This document shows, one piece after another, positions 36,360 through 48,939 of a DNA stretch of 64,000 nt. The notes under the pieces were generated by a model. The model had not been told where the DNA came from, made no database searches, and saw only the letters and a list, made by a program, of their open reading frames with translations. This DNA is from Atractiella rhizophila (taxonomy: Eukaryota), in NCBI GenBank assembly GCA_021432655.1, contig MU271426.1:1-64000 (forward strand), in the 5' to 3' direction. The position numbers were made by a program, and so were the translations under genes. The first letter of the stretch is position 1; each line of letters starts with the position of its first letter.

Positions 36360-39300
36360 TGGGATTCTAGATGTAGATTGAGTCCCACATCCTGAACATG
36401 CGTTGCCCAACGGTTTCCGGGTCTGAGATGTAATCTGTCGCTCCTGGCACACAGATTCAGTACCATCATTGGTGCATCCTGCTAGACCACAAGCATGTTG
36501 GACGTTCACGATGGGGTGTGGAATGCCAGCGGAGTCCTTTGTCATTGTCAGAGTTCCATTCAGTCTGAGTGTAAGGGACATTCTTACCATCTTCCATGAC
36601 AACTCCGTATCCTCTCCGTCTGGCTGAAGAAGTGGCATGCTGAAGGAGGGGTGAACACCAGCAAAATTCACACGACGCCCAAACGCCTTTACCAGGCTGG
36701 CATCAAGCGAAGGGGATTCAACTAGCAGCAGCTCACGGATGTAAAAGACATAAGCATCCTGAGCTCCGTTCGTTAGTCAATTTGGCCACAACAGCTTACA
36801 GCAAAGTGTTGTGCATGCCGCAGGGGTCACATTCACCAGTACAAAGCTTTGGTCCGTTGCATCTTCTTCTGAACGGGTCTTGAAGCTTCGAAGGCGTGAA
36901 TGGAGAAAGTTGTTGAAGTTCTTGCCATCGGATGAAATTGGAAGGTCAGGGCAAATTCGGTGCAGGATGGTTTCCTTAGCTGGTATTTCCCGTTTACGTT
37001 GCGGTGCTAAAACCCATGACCCTGGAACAACCTAGTCATTGCTTGCAAGTTGGCTAAATTAGCCATACCAGGAGTTGTACTGCCATTTTGAGAGTTGTGT
37101 TGCAGAGTCGGGATGTCAAGAGTGAGATCCAAAAGACGCCGAAAGGTTGGATCTTCTAAGATGTTACAAACTTTGATGGAGGCAACAACCTATTCTCCAG
37201 TAGCAACATCTTTCCAACGACCGCCACTGAAAATGTGTCTGACTCTGTCAAATCCACTGAATGATCGGGCAATATCCTTCCCAGGAGCATGGCGATTCGA
37301 GTGGACTGACTTCAACTGCATCACTCCATTGTAGCTTTCGAATTTCTCAGTGGCATAGTTGATTGGAACCCCAAATCGCTTCACATTATCCACAAGGTGA
37401 ACAAGAAAGATGGAATTTGCGCTTGTTGAACCATTGTGTGGTTAGCGAAGCCGTGGTATCAAGAATACTTGATTGTGCTTTCTAAATTTTCCTGGTGTAA
37501 AAAACCTCATCAGCCAAACCGGGTCAGTTGTGGATTGAGAGATCATACAAGGTACATTTCTTTATTAGCCACTCTAGGTGGCCAAACTATACTCCCAAGT
37601 CTCCCAAGAGCAATCCAGATTTGAAAGTACGGTTGTTCAATAAGCTGATCGAGCGCAAAAGTAGCAATCTGGAAGATAACTCGAAAGTCTTTACCGACTA
37701 AACTGTGAGTGTAATCAACTAGAGTCTCTCCATTAATGCGGGAGACTTCTAGAATGTCAAACAGTTGGTCAATAACTTTTACGGATGTCAAACAGTTGGT
37801 CAATAAGGAACGTGGTGAAAGTGTCCTTGATACCGGTAGAGGTTTGAAGCTCCGAGATCTGACTTTTAGGGAGGGGAGGATCAGCGGCGGTTCGAAGCAT
37901 TGCCTGCAGGATTTCATATGTTTGAAAAGGTTTACGATATTGACTGCACTATCAAGCTACAATAAGTAATTGTAAACAAAAGCATTTGCCAATACTTGCA
38001 TGAACTTGGTAATGTTCACTTCGATCTCCTCTTCAGCCTTTGTTTCAGCACCAACATGACAGGTCCGTGGGAACTTCAGGGATGCTAGACCTCCAATTGA
38101 GCAGAATTCGGATTGCATGGGATTGTCTCCTTCAAAAAGGAGCACAAGGGGTCGATATACGACTTCTTCTCCTAGCTGAGCATCCCACACAGACCTAGGA
38201 GTTCTCCAGGCGTCCCTACACACCCATGTGGACTGAATGATGCGAAGCATTACAACAACACATGAGAACATCACAAAAGTCACATACAGAATTTGAGTGG
38301 TGACACCCTCAAGCAATTCCAATGCGCTTGCAACGTGGAAGTACCCAAAAAGTTGATGAAGAACTCCTGATGTTGCAGTTTGTTTGGGAGACCTAGTAGC
38401 AACAGAAGTCAGCTTACGTGGAGCAGAAAAAATAATCAGAGACATGACAAGTCATTACCTACTAGATCAGCGTAGAATGACTGATGCTTGTTCCATTTCT
38501 TCGAGCGGTTGCCAGAGCTGTCATCCGCATACAAAATGACGGGCACTGTCACTACCCTTTTGCCTGGATGAGCAGTGCGAAGATCAGAAATTGAGACCGA
38601 AATTTCAGTATGTTGGAATCCATCAGCTGCGGTAATCATGCCTGAGAAGAAGCTGGTCAGATGTAAATCTACTAAGCTTTAGGTCAGAAAAGGTACCTTT
38701 GATCTTATAGCTCCTCCGAATGTGTTCCCTAGTACTGAGTCCATTCCGAACCATGCTCTTCAGAGGGATGTCCAGAACACTTCGGCAGTCAATAACTAGT
38801 CCCTGGATGTTGCTGGGTAAGTTTACTTGATACACTCGGCCAAAAATATCGCCATTCTGGAGGATCCAACGAGATGTGATGAAGAACCGGCCATCTTCAA
38901 GCTCGCTGACTTCATCTACAAAGAAGAGAGATGATCCATACTGGACAGAAGGGGTAAGGAGCCGTGGCCTAAGTTCCTTGAGCCATTTCTCCGCCTGATA
39001 TATCTCCTGAATCTGATTGGGGGTACTTTCAGGAAGAAATGTGAGATGCTGGCGAATCAATGGATTAGCAAATTGCCTGTGATATGTTTAAGATCATTGT
39101 CAATGCTCTTGGATAAGTCAAATGAAACAGACCTCTGCAATCATTGTTGGTAGATCATTGGCATACACAAGATTGCTTCGGTGTCCACGATATTCCTTTG
39201 TCTCAGCTCCTACACCCACTGCCTTCATTTTCTCAGCAAAAATCTTCATGCTTTCCTTAGAGGGCAGAGTTGCTTTCGGAGCATTATCCATTCCCATTTC

Positions 39301-39905
39301 AGGGATCATCTTCCATAAAACCTCCCGGAGTAGTTCCGAGACATCATTTCGCAAGTAGTTAAGGAGGATATCGGAGTAGGCATGCTGCACAAACAGACTA
39401 TGATATAAGGATACAGGTAAAATTTGGGCAGTGATTTCACTGGCCTGTTTGCTCGGATATGGAAAATACTCCAAAGACTCCATAATGACTGGACGGGCTG
39501 ATGGTCCTTTATCTATCTTCTATCTATTCTTCTAAGAGCATTGGGTTTCTTGGCATGAGTCATAAGACGCACTTTTGAGCCCTCACACCTCCCACACCAT
39601 GCACAATAGAATGAAATGAATTATACCATCATAACCCATATGCTTGCCCCTTTCTGAAGCTGTGAGGAAATTTTATTCTGAGGGGGATAAACAAATGTGT
39701 CCCATACTGGACTCGAACCCTTACAACATCACTATGGGGTTCAAGGGGCCATGCCCCTTGCGAGTGGGTTGGAGGCCTGAGGGACGAAATCTGCTGATAC
39801 ACTTGTCACTCACTAAGCGATCAATCAGACCCGAATAAAGTGACTTGAATAACAAACGAGAAGGTGTAGCCAGCAGAACAGACTCCATCTCATCTTCCAG
39901 CTCAT
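36360..39905 (-). pseudogene. Basidiomycete CMC-related DDE transposase relic (second clade)
   Basis: PVILYADDSSGNRSKKWNKH, GDNPMQSEFCS, SLVGKDFR, VKRFG..YATEKFESYNGV..SNRHAPGKDIA, VNVQHAC. Interrupted by Helitrons at 39512 and ~39915. Confidence 0.7.
39512..39805 (+). mobile_element. Non-autonomous Helitron, second copy
   Basis: A|TCTAT 5' end (alternative start 39523), CTTG|T 3' end, colinear with 10588-10868. Confidence 0.8.
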
Positions 39906-39914
39906 TGTCACTAC

Positions 39915-42900
39915 TCTTCCTTACCTCTAAAAGCCATCCGTTCTTGGCATGAGTCATAAAACGCACTTTTGAGCGTTCATACCTCCCTCAGCAGGCACAT
40001 TGAAACGAAATGAATTACACCATGTTACTGCATATGTTTGCGTCTTTCTGGAGCTGCAAGGAAATTTTATTTTGAAGTGGTGAGAAAAAGTGTTTTGCAG
40101 CGGACTCGAACCCTTTACAACCGTGTACTCTGCTTTCCCCGGCTCCACTGGCTTCCCTCCCCACTTGGCCCACTTGGCCGCTAAACACCATGCGCAGCTG
40201 CCCCGCAAAGCAACCGCAGCACACGGCGCCAAAACAAGGCCGCACGCTATTTCTTCAGCGCATGTTGGGATTTCTCAAGTCGGGCGCCAAAAAGTGTCAT
40301 TTGCCTACCTTAAGGGGAAGAAAGTGAGCACATGTGAGCTAGAATATACTGCCTTTAGTGCTTTCTGACAGCACTTTAGAATCATCATGCCCCACCCTAA
40401 GCAAAAAAATGGCGCAAACCAAGAGTTCATGCTCAGCAGCAACGACGAGAAGAGAGCCAGTCAGATACCCCTCAGGCTGCTCCACAACGCACAGAGAGAC
40501 GTCATGCAGGACTGCCCCAGCGTTTTCAGATTACACAACCTACCCCACCTCAGCACTTGACACGCCAAATTCGTGAGCAACAGCAGCAGGCTCAACCTCT
40601 GAGGGTACGACGACAACGTCGGCAGCCAGACCCTCAGCCTTTAGATGGAGACATCACTGAAGGATCCTCTGATGGAGAATTTGGGAACAATGATGTTCCT
40701 GACCCAAGGATGGTGCCACCAAGAGATGAAAGGCATGATCGGCATCCTTTCATCACATTTAACTACTCTTCGGGAACTGTGGAAGCCGTGCGGCTTTCTG
40801 GCTGGAGCGTAGTCTTCTGCTCAGAATGCAGTGCCTTCCGTTGGCTTGAGGAGCGAATAGTCAAGAGCTCTAAGCGTAATCCGAAATTTACGAACTGCTG
40901 CTCCCATGGAAAGATTGTTCTTCCTGCTTATGAAAATACTCCACCAGAGTTGTTTCAGCTGTTCACCAATCCAGATACGCATGAATCAAGACAGTTTCGT
41001 GAGAATATCCGCTCCTACAATAATGCTCTTTCCTTTACTTCTCTCAGAGTCAAGCGTCCACCTATCCCTGGGCATGGAGTTTACACTTTCCGGATTCAAG
41101 GGGAGCTTTGCCATCGCATCGGTGCTTTGCTTCCGGAATCTGATGGCGAAGAAAAGTTTGCACAGATATATATGCTGGATTCTGAAGAGCAGATTCGTTA
41201 AAGAATAGGGACCATTAGAGGGAACAAACTTAAGGAAGTGACATTGAGAAAGTTGCAAGACATGATGTGGCGAGTTAATCCATGGCCGGAAATCTATAAA
41301 ACTGCAAGGGAGCGTATGGCAGATGACCCAGCATTACAACTCCACATTCGAACTATTAATCCTACAGATCTCCATCCCGTCGATATAATAGGCCAACAGG
41401 TCATGGCATAGGAGAAATTGCAGTGCTTCTCATTGGAGAAGAATCAGGAGCCACCGCAGGTGTCACAAGAGATATTGTGGTCAAACTCCGACGGCCTGAT
41501 GGTCAGAACTTTTATGAAAAAGTCAGTGATCAAAATGCCAACTATCTCCCACTGCGATTTCCACTTTTATTTCCATATGGTGAGCAAGGTAGGCACACGT
41601 ACATTCCCCTCCGTCATGGTGATCTGCTTCAACGTGGTCCACGGGAAGAACATCGAAATAATGACGGACAAATAGTTGGAAACATGGGAGAACGAGTCCA
41701 TGTTACGCAGATGGACTATTACTCCTATCTTTTCACCCAAAGAAGAATACTTTCTCTCTCATTCACCATGGTGGTCGACTATTTCAAGAATTGGTTTACG
41801 ATGCTTACGCCCAAATAGAGAGTGGAAGATTGAAGTTTCTTCGGTTCAATCAAGATCTTCTCCGAACTGAATCCTATGCTGGACTTGGTGACGCCTTAGA
41901 AGATGGCCGAGATGCAGCAGATGTTGGGAAGCGGACCATTTTACCATCCACACATACTGGAAGCCCACGTCAAATGAATCAACAATTTCAGGATGCGATG
42001 GCGATTGTTGGAAACAGAGGTTCTCCCGCTATCTTTACAACATTCACCTGCAATCCTCGATGGCCCGAAATCACAGAAGCCCTGCTTCCTGGACAAACAG
42101 CTGCAGATAGGCCAGACTTGGTCTCTAGGGTTTTCAACGTGAAGGTGAAGGCCTATATGCAGGACATCAAAGATAACTCAATCTTTGGACGGACAGTTGG
42201 CTTTGTCTGGGTGATCGAATTTCAGAAACGTGGTCTGCCTCATGCTCACATCCTCATCATTCTCAATGCCGAAGACACCATCCGGGATGTTGAGGCTATC
42301 GACCGCATAGTATCTGCTGAATTGCCTGACAAGGACACCGATCCTGAGTTATTTGACATTGTCTGCAATCACATGCTCCATGGACCCTGCGGAGATATCA
42401 ACCCAGATGCTCCATGCATGATAGATGATCCTAAGAACCCTGGGAGAAAAATCTGTGGCAAAGGGTTTCCAAAGCCCTTTGCAGAAGAAACAGGCATCCT
42501 CCATCTTTACCTGAAGAAATCGATGACGGTCCCTCTGATGGACAACAGGAGGGAGCATTTGACAATACTGATCTGCCTGATCAAATGGTGGTAGCTCCTT
42601 GGGATGCAAGACGAGATTAGCATGGTTTTCTCACATTCAACTACTTACCAGATACAGTGGAGGCCATCAGACTTTCGGGCTCGAATGAATCCTTTTGCTC
42701 AGAATGTGGTGCCTTTTATTGGCTCGAAGAACGGATAGTAAGGAGCTCTAAGCGGAATCCAAAGTTTTGTCACTGTTGTTCTCTGTGAAAGTTTGTTCTT
42801 CCTGCTTAAGAAGAAATGTTCTTTCCTTTACTTCTCTTGGAGTCAAGTGGCCACCTATTCCTGGGCAAGGTGTTCACTCTTTCCAGATTCAATGGGAGCC

Positions 42901-43200
42901 ATGCCATCGTATTGGAGCTTTGCTTCCTGATTCTGACAGAGATGAACAGTTTGCACAAATCTACATGCTGGATTCTAAGAGGAGATTGGACAAAGAGTAG
43001 AGATCATTGGACAGCACGAACTCAAGGAAAGGACTTTGAAGAAGTTGCAAAGAATGATGTCGTGAGTTAATCCCTGCGCATAAATTTATAAAATAGCAAG
43101 AGAGCATAGGGAAGATAACCCAACTTTGAACCTGCACTTGTAAACTATTGATCCTACTGATCGGGACCCTTGATGATACAATAGGCCAACAGGTCACCAG
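39915..43200 (+). mobile_element. 3'-truncated autonomous-type Helitron
   Basis: The 5' ~190 bp match the non-autonomous copies. It is followed by the Rep coding region and a decayed duplicate of its N-terminal part. The 5' boundary is approximate. Confidence 0.8.
40387..42500 (+). pseudogene. Helitron Rep (HUH endonuclease) N-terminal part; helicase absent
   Basis: CSEC.A.RWLEE..CCSHGK, FRENIRSYNNALSFTS, GSPRQM...QDAMAI, FTTFTCNPRWPEI, VIEFQKRGLPHAHILI (HUH), HMLHGPCG. Breaks off after CGKGFPKPF. Start approximate. Confidence 0.92.
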
Positions 43201-43249
43201 CCACCGACATATCTTCGTCCACAATAGGACCGTCCATTGTAGCCGGTAG

Positions 43250-43400
43250 CTCTTGATCCTTCGAGATTGGAATGGTCAACTGTAGTAAATAAATGACAGA
43301 ATAGATGGACCCTCCCTGATTGAGAGATCCGTCAATATTGTAAATAGGCACTGGGGAAGGGAGTTGAGTAATGGGTAGGTTGTATGCAGAAATGTTTTGG
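43250..43400 (-). pseudogene. Ty3/gypsy aspartic protease fragment
   Basis: YNLPITQLPSPVPIYNIDGSLNQGGSI, typical of fungal gypsy proteases. Confidence 0.65.
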
Positions 43401-44259
43401 GGAAATAAAGGAAGTGGTTGCCCTGCTGTCGACGAGCGCCGATGTGGCATGTCAGGAATGTGGATGATGAAACGTAGTTCTGAGTTTTGTTTTTGAGCTG
43501 ACAAGGGATACAGTTGTTGAACATAAGTGGGCTTTGTCATATATTTTTGTAACATCTACACATCTTTGTCTCCAAGAGGGAAAATGTAACTTTGGAAATG
43601 GGGAGTCATGTTCAGGAGAAGGGAAATCTGTGCAAAGCGGCACTTTGTTGGAAGTGATTTTACTTGACGAAAATGGATTGTGAGTCGGCGATGGAGACAC
43701 TTCTTTCACACATTGCCGTCTCAAAAATCCTCATCCAGATCTGTCAGCTCGTTTTCAGCAACTGGTTGGCGATTTGTGCAGATTGTCGTTCTTGTAGTAC
43801 AAGACGAGTGTCGAAATATTCTCCTTGTGCACAACGATATTGCTCTTTGCTCACGGACATCTTGCATTCCTTCTCTCTGCATCCGATTTTTTTGGCACCT
43901 TCGACAATGAGGCGTCTGAACTCAGTTGCGTCCACCTCCATATAATTGGGGTCATTGGCTTCATGAGGCTGCAAAGTGGTAGTCAGCAACAAAGCGGTGT
44001 CAGGTTTGTATTATGCAAATTGGCCTCCATTCATCCGTTTGTGTTCTTCGTGACTCTGGTGAGACTCATTTGATTCCCTTCAGCTTCCTCTTCGTTCCAT
44101 GCTTTCTGATTATTCCATATTTCTAAAATGACCAGTCATTCCCAACAGTGCAGATTAACCCTTTATACCCAAGGTTCAACACACATATCCTCAATTAAGA
44201 ATCTCAATCACTTCCACTTGTGGTCTAGTCAATGACAATAGGCATTGGAGCATCCTGAG

Positions 44260-44720
44260 GCATGCGAAAAGCCACTCCAAGCCTCCTTTCATCTTTCCAT
44301 CATGTCTCCACCATGCTCGTAAGAGCATCAACTTGCGAACAGTTTCTGCTTTCAGTGAAGCACGACGCAAGGAGATGACATCCCGTCCAGAGGAAAATAC
44401 GCGTTCGACGGCAACGGAGGAAGCTACCAAGATGATCAGTGATCCGAGTACAACATTAACTAAGTTGTGAGCACATACCTGGAATGCTCACCACGTCCTT
44501 GGCCAAAGGAGCCAACGCAGCAAATTTTCCACTCTGGGCATGCTTTTTCCACCACAGCTCACATCAACCTGAGCATCCTTAACACAGTCTTCCGAATCCA
44601 CCTCTTCCTTAGCACTCAAGTAATTCCAGTACCGTTCCAGAGGATGAAACTGTGAAGTATTGCTGATCTTTCGAGCGTTGGGGAAGAGACGTGCGTTGAG
44701 TTTCTCCACAGCGGTCATGG
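44260..44720 (-). pseudogene. hAT transposase C-terminal dimerisation domain fragment
   Basis: ASSVAVERVFSSGRDVISLRRASLKAETVRKLMLLRAW, preceded by an intron and an LERY...WW-type exon. Confidence 0.88.
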
Positions 44721-45148
44721 GTTTTTAGGAAGCTGCAACTTTGGTAGACTCTGGAGTGGAGGAGGCAGGTGTTGATGGTGGGGGAGTGACGGGTATTTTG
44801 GATTAGGTGTTATATTTCATGGTGTTGTGTTTGTGTGGTCAGCCACCTCTGTTTTGTTTGCTTCACTTCGGAGTATTAGCCCCCTAGGGGGCAGTTTAGG
44901 CGGTCATCATCTTTGACCATCAATCCCTGTCCCTTAGCTCCATCTAGCATCAGATTCTCTCATGGTAGCGAGAGCGGAGGCTAGGGATTGACAGATCAGT
45001 TTTGCCACCCACTTGGTTGAACATTTTGATCACTCAGCCATCCGTTGTCCAATCGGTTTGAAACTTTGGGATCATAAACGAGACCCCCTTATGCCTATAT
45101 CTACCCATTCTACGAAGATCGGACGATCCAAACTCGAATTTTATCACC

Positions 45149-45250
45149 ATGGCTGAAGAAAATAAAATTTTGATTACCCCCCTTGGAGAGAAGAACTATG
45201 GCGCCTGGTGAATCGATATGCAGGCAGAATTGATGAGAAAGGGGCTATGC
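45149..45250 (+). pseudogene. Ty1/copia gag N-terminal fragment
   Basis: MAEENKILITPLGEKNYGAW*IDMQAELMRKGL fits the L...NY..W...M.A.L..KGL copia gag start. Confidence 0.6.
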
Positions 45251-46281
45251 GAGATACTATGGGTTACGGGTATGTCCCTCTCTCACAGAAATCAATGATA
45301 TAGGCAACCTCCTATCTTCTACTTGCCGCAATACCAATCGAGGATCCCAAGAAATGCTTTGACTTATTCTTCCTTTAGATCTAACTTCGACATTGGACAG
45401 CTCTTTGTGTTTGTTGTTACGCACCCCCAATCTGACAAAGTTGTCTGTCCTGAAGTCAAAGCTTGGTATGATTCTTCTTCAACCAATGTCGAACACCTCT
45501 TATGCAAAGTGAAGCGTTCGAAAACAATGGGATGACCATTGACAAACTGAAAAAGGACCAACACGCCATCCACAACTTATCGCCCACCTATTCTGCAGGA
45601 ACGAAACACTGACTTCATAAAGAACATAATCGTCAGCATTCGCTGGTTCCGAGCTGATTCTAAACAACTCATTTACAGCAATAACCACTAGTGCTTTTCT
45701 TTTATGTTTTGCTTTCAAACATACAACAGCTGCTTTTGTGGATGAATCAGAGCCGCGATTCTATACGTCGCTGTTGCGCTCTCTAATATTGTCTTTCAAC
45801 TTTCTGTCTATGCAAACCGAATTCAAGCAGTTCAATGAAAATAACACTAATTTCCCACTGTTCGATCGTTTGCAGCCTTAAACATACTGTAAGTGCTAGC
45901 TCGATATTCAAAGTCGACATAACAGACAGACTCGATATGGAAATGTGCATAAACGCCCAGGATGGACTTTAACCCGTAATTGAGCTAGCTCCTGCGGCGA
46001 TAGATATCCCATGCATATTACTGAGAGCACAACGATATGACAAAACAAATGCAGCTCATTAATGTTCAATATTCAATTTCCACCACTCCTATATGCAGGT
46101 CAGGTACGGGCGCACCTGCGCGTTTACGATTCAGAGCGATCCCAGGATTGGATCAGCTTGCTTGGAGGAAAGAATTTGTGCCAACCAGCTTTATCGCCGA
46201 CGAACTCCGACCCCTTGGTTCTCCTCAATCATGGCATCTATTTGTTCTTCCATTGAATAGTTTGTTTGAATTCTTGCCCGT

Positions 46282-48925
46282 GTGGGTGTGGGTGCGGGTG
46301 CCACCGCGGAACTGGGAGGAATAAAAGGCCTCCACCTTATCAATTGTCACCTCCAGATTTCCAACGGCATTTTGAACATCCTGCAGATGTTGGGTTCAAC
46401 CAAACATGATGTCTCCCAACCAAAATTATTGTCTTTGCTTCTCTGCGTGGTTCTAGCTTTGGAAGGGCTAGCACAGGAAGAGGGGCACAAAAAAAGTGAT
46501 CCAACTTGGTTTATCCCTTTGGTTCTGTGTGCCGCCTTCTTTCTCGGTCTTCTTGCTGCTTTGCTCAGGTGGGTCATTGTTCTATGGTCTGATCAGTTTT
46601 TGATGAAAGATGGGCGAAGGCATATATGGAAGGATTCCTTTGGTGATTGTTCGCACATTATTGGCTTCATTCTCTTACTTCTATTCTCACCTTTCATCAA
46701 GGTGCTCGTCATGGCAATCATGGTCGCAGAATTCGTTCTCCTGCTTCGGCATATCATTCTCTGCATTCCGGACGATCGGCGGCTCAGCTTGAGCTCTTGG
46801 GCCAACCGCAGTGACAGAGCCGAAGAACGCTTTCACAATGCTGAACATGTCATGAAAAAGTTGATTCGGGATCCGTCGTTTGACCTGAATGCGGCTGAGA
46901 AGTTGCGTTTTAAAGCGTGAGTGTTCCCTCGATCATTCCCACATCACATTGAATCGGTGAAAAAGTAAAGTCGAATGGCATCTTCAGACCTGTAACCAGT
47001 CGCACATAACTTTCTTCCGCTGGGTTCGGCAAGCTGTCAATAAACAATTGAACCACCTGTCAAGAGACATATTGCGTTCATTGCCTTCCGAATCGTTCCT
47101 TCAATTATGGGAACAAAGGACACATTCAGCCCTTTTGGCCTTCAGAAAGCAGCTGGAATCCTTGACTATTCAGTGGCCGACGTCATTATTGCAAGCGACG
47201 TTGGCCGTCCAAGGACGTTCGAGGAATGGCTCGCGACGGACGAGATGCAGTCAGTATATAGTGGTTTTGAACTGGAAAATCTGGCTGAACGGGAACATAC
47301 CAGTCATTGAAGGATGTAATCAAAGTTGCTCTTTTCTCTGATGCGCTTCCGCAAGGCATTGGCAACGCGGTCAAGGGCTCGATTCTCAGATTGTATCGGA
47401 AGGAGATGGGAGAAGATGTGGCGGAAGGCAGCCACTTATATGACCTGCCGTACCTGTCGCGTGGTTGGAGCAAGCTGACGGCTGGCCAACATGACACGCT
47501 TTTGATACGATGTGCAACCCTATGTCGTGCACTTATATTGCTTGCCCAGTATTGAATTAATGGGAAAGTAGTTGACATTGATGCTCCGACCAGCACCTCT
47601 GCGTACTACACCCTACTAGCTTCTCCCATCCTAAACCATGAGCAATCCATTCCACCAGAAGCAGCAGAGTTACGTCAAGAGAGAATTGTTCGATTGTTTG
47701 GGCATGACGCCGTGATGGGAGAATGGAAGAACGATATTACAAACCTGAAGGATCAGGTCTCCCTCTCTATATAAGAAACTCTTGCTCACAGAGAGCGCAG
47801 CTGCTTATGATTTGCAAGAAGAAGATCTTGCAATCAATTGCTGTCGTCGACAGATTGCAGCGGTCGCTCACAGCAGGGAAACAAGGAGAAGAAGGTCATT
47901 TGTTGCCTTTTAACAGTGCTGGAAGTACTGACAGATGATGAATAGATGTCAAAAATATACTGGGTCTCGCTAAGCTCATACCGGATCCTCGAGGATGTGA
48001 GGCAGCGGCCAACGTTGTCGCAAAATGGGTCTCAACACAGGCGACTAAAGGCAGCCGAATGGAGAGTGTATGGGACGACGGTCCGGTGTATCACGCCGCA
48101 GACGGAGCTCAAGAGGAATTCACTCCAACATTATTTGTCCAGGAGACAATCGTTGTCTTGAATGCTGTCTTGTCGCATGTGAGGACGTTGGGGGAAGGAC
48201 CATTCTTTGATCTGGTTACGTATCAGGTGTCTTTTTTTTTTTGAAGTGAATGTTTCCATCGCTGATGCCTGACGCCGCTCAGTCTTCGACAGCTCTCGTA
48301 AACGCAACAGAACAGGCGGGGAAGCTGCTTTCATCATACCTTGACAAAGCCTTGAGGAAACGAGAAGATCCATTGCGCACACGTTCACTCGATGACAGCG
48401 TCAAAGATGTGGTTGGGTCTTCCAGGTTATCTACAGTACAACGTATAAGCTAAAGTCCATCCAGTTGCAAATATATCCTTTCCTGCAACCGAAAGACATC
48501 TTTCTTCAACTGCATGGTCAACGTCTTGCTAGAAGGATCGTACAATTCGAATGTTTCCATGAGGAGAAGGAAAGTGACATCGCTAGGCTTGTTTCGGAGG
48601 GAGAATCACAGTACGGACGGAAGATCCCCAGGATTCTCGCAGGTACCTGCCTTCTCATATTACCAGCGCTTAAAGCTGAATTTTTTGGTAGATATAGACT
48701 TTTCAAACTCATTGGTTAATCGATTTATTCATGAGAGAAGGAGAAGGGCCAGCGTCAGTTTTTCCCTTTCAGGCGTGCCGGAGGCAAGTTTACGATTTCA
48801 CGCCTTTTTATTTTCTGCTTCTGCGCTAGCTTTCTCTCCATCCAAGCTCGATGGCACCAGAATCCCGGAAGAGCTCAAATCTTTACATGATGAATTCAAT
48901 GAGTATTTCACACAGGAGCAACGGT
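46282..48925 (+). CDS. Divergent cullin-like protein with hydrophobic N-terminal extension, 3'-truncated at a hAT relic
   Basis: Cullin-homology motifs KLLSSYLDKALRK, FLQPKDIFLQLHGQRLARRIV, EEKESDIARL..GESQYGRKIPRILADIDFSNSL and IPEELKSLHDEFNEYF. Upstream exons resemble cullin repeats; several GT-AG introns. Start codon uncertain (possibly 46387). Confidence 0.7.
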
Positions 48926-48939
48926 AGGTTTAAGTCCAT

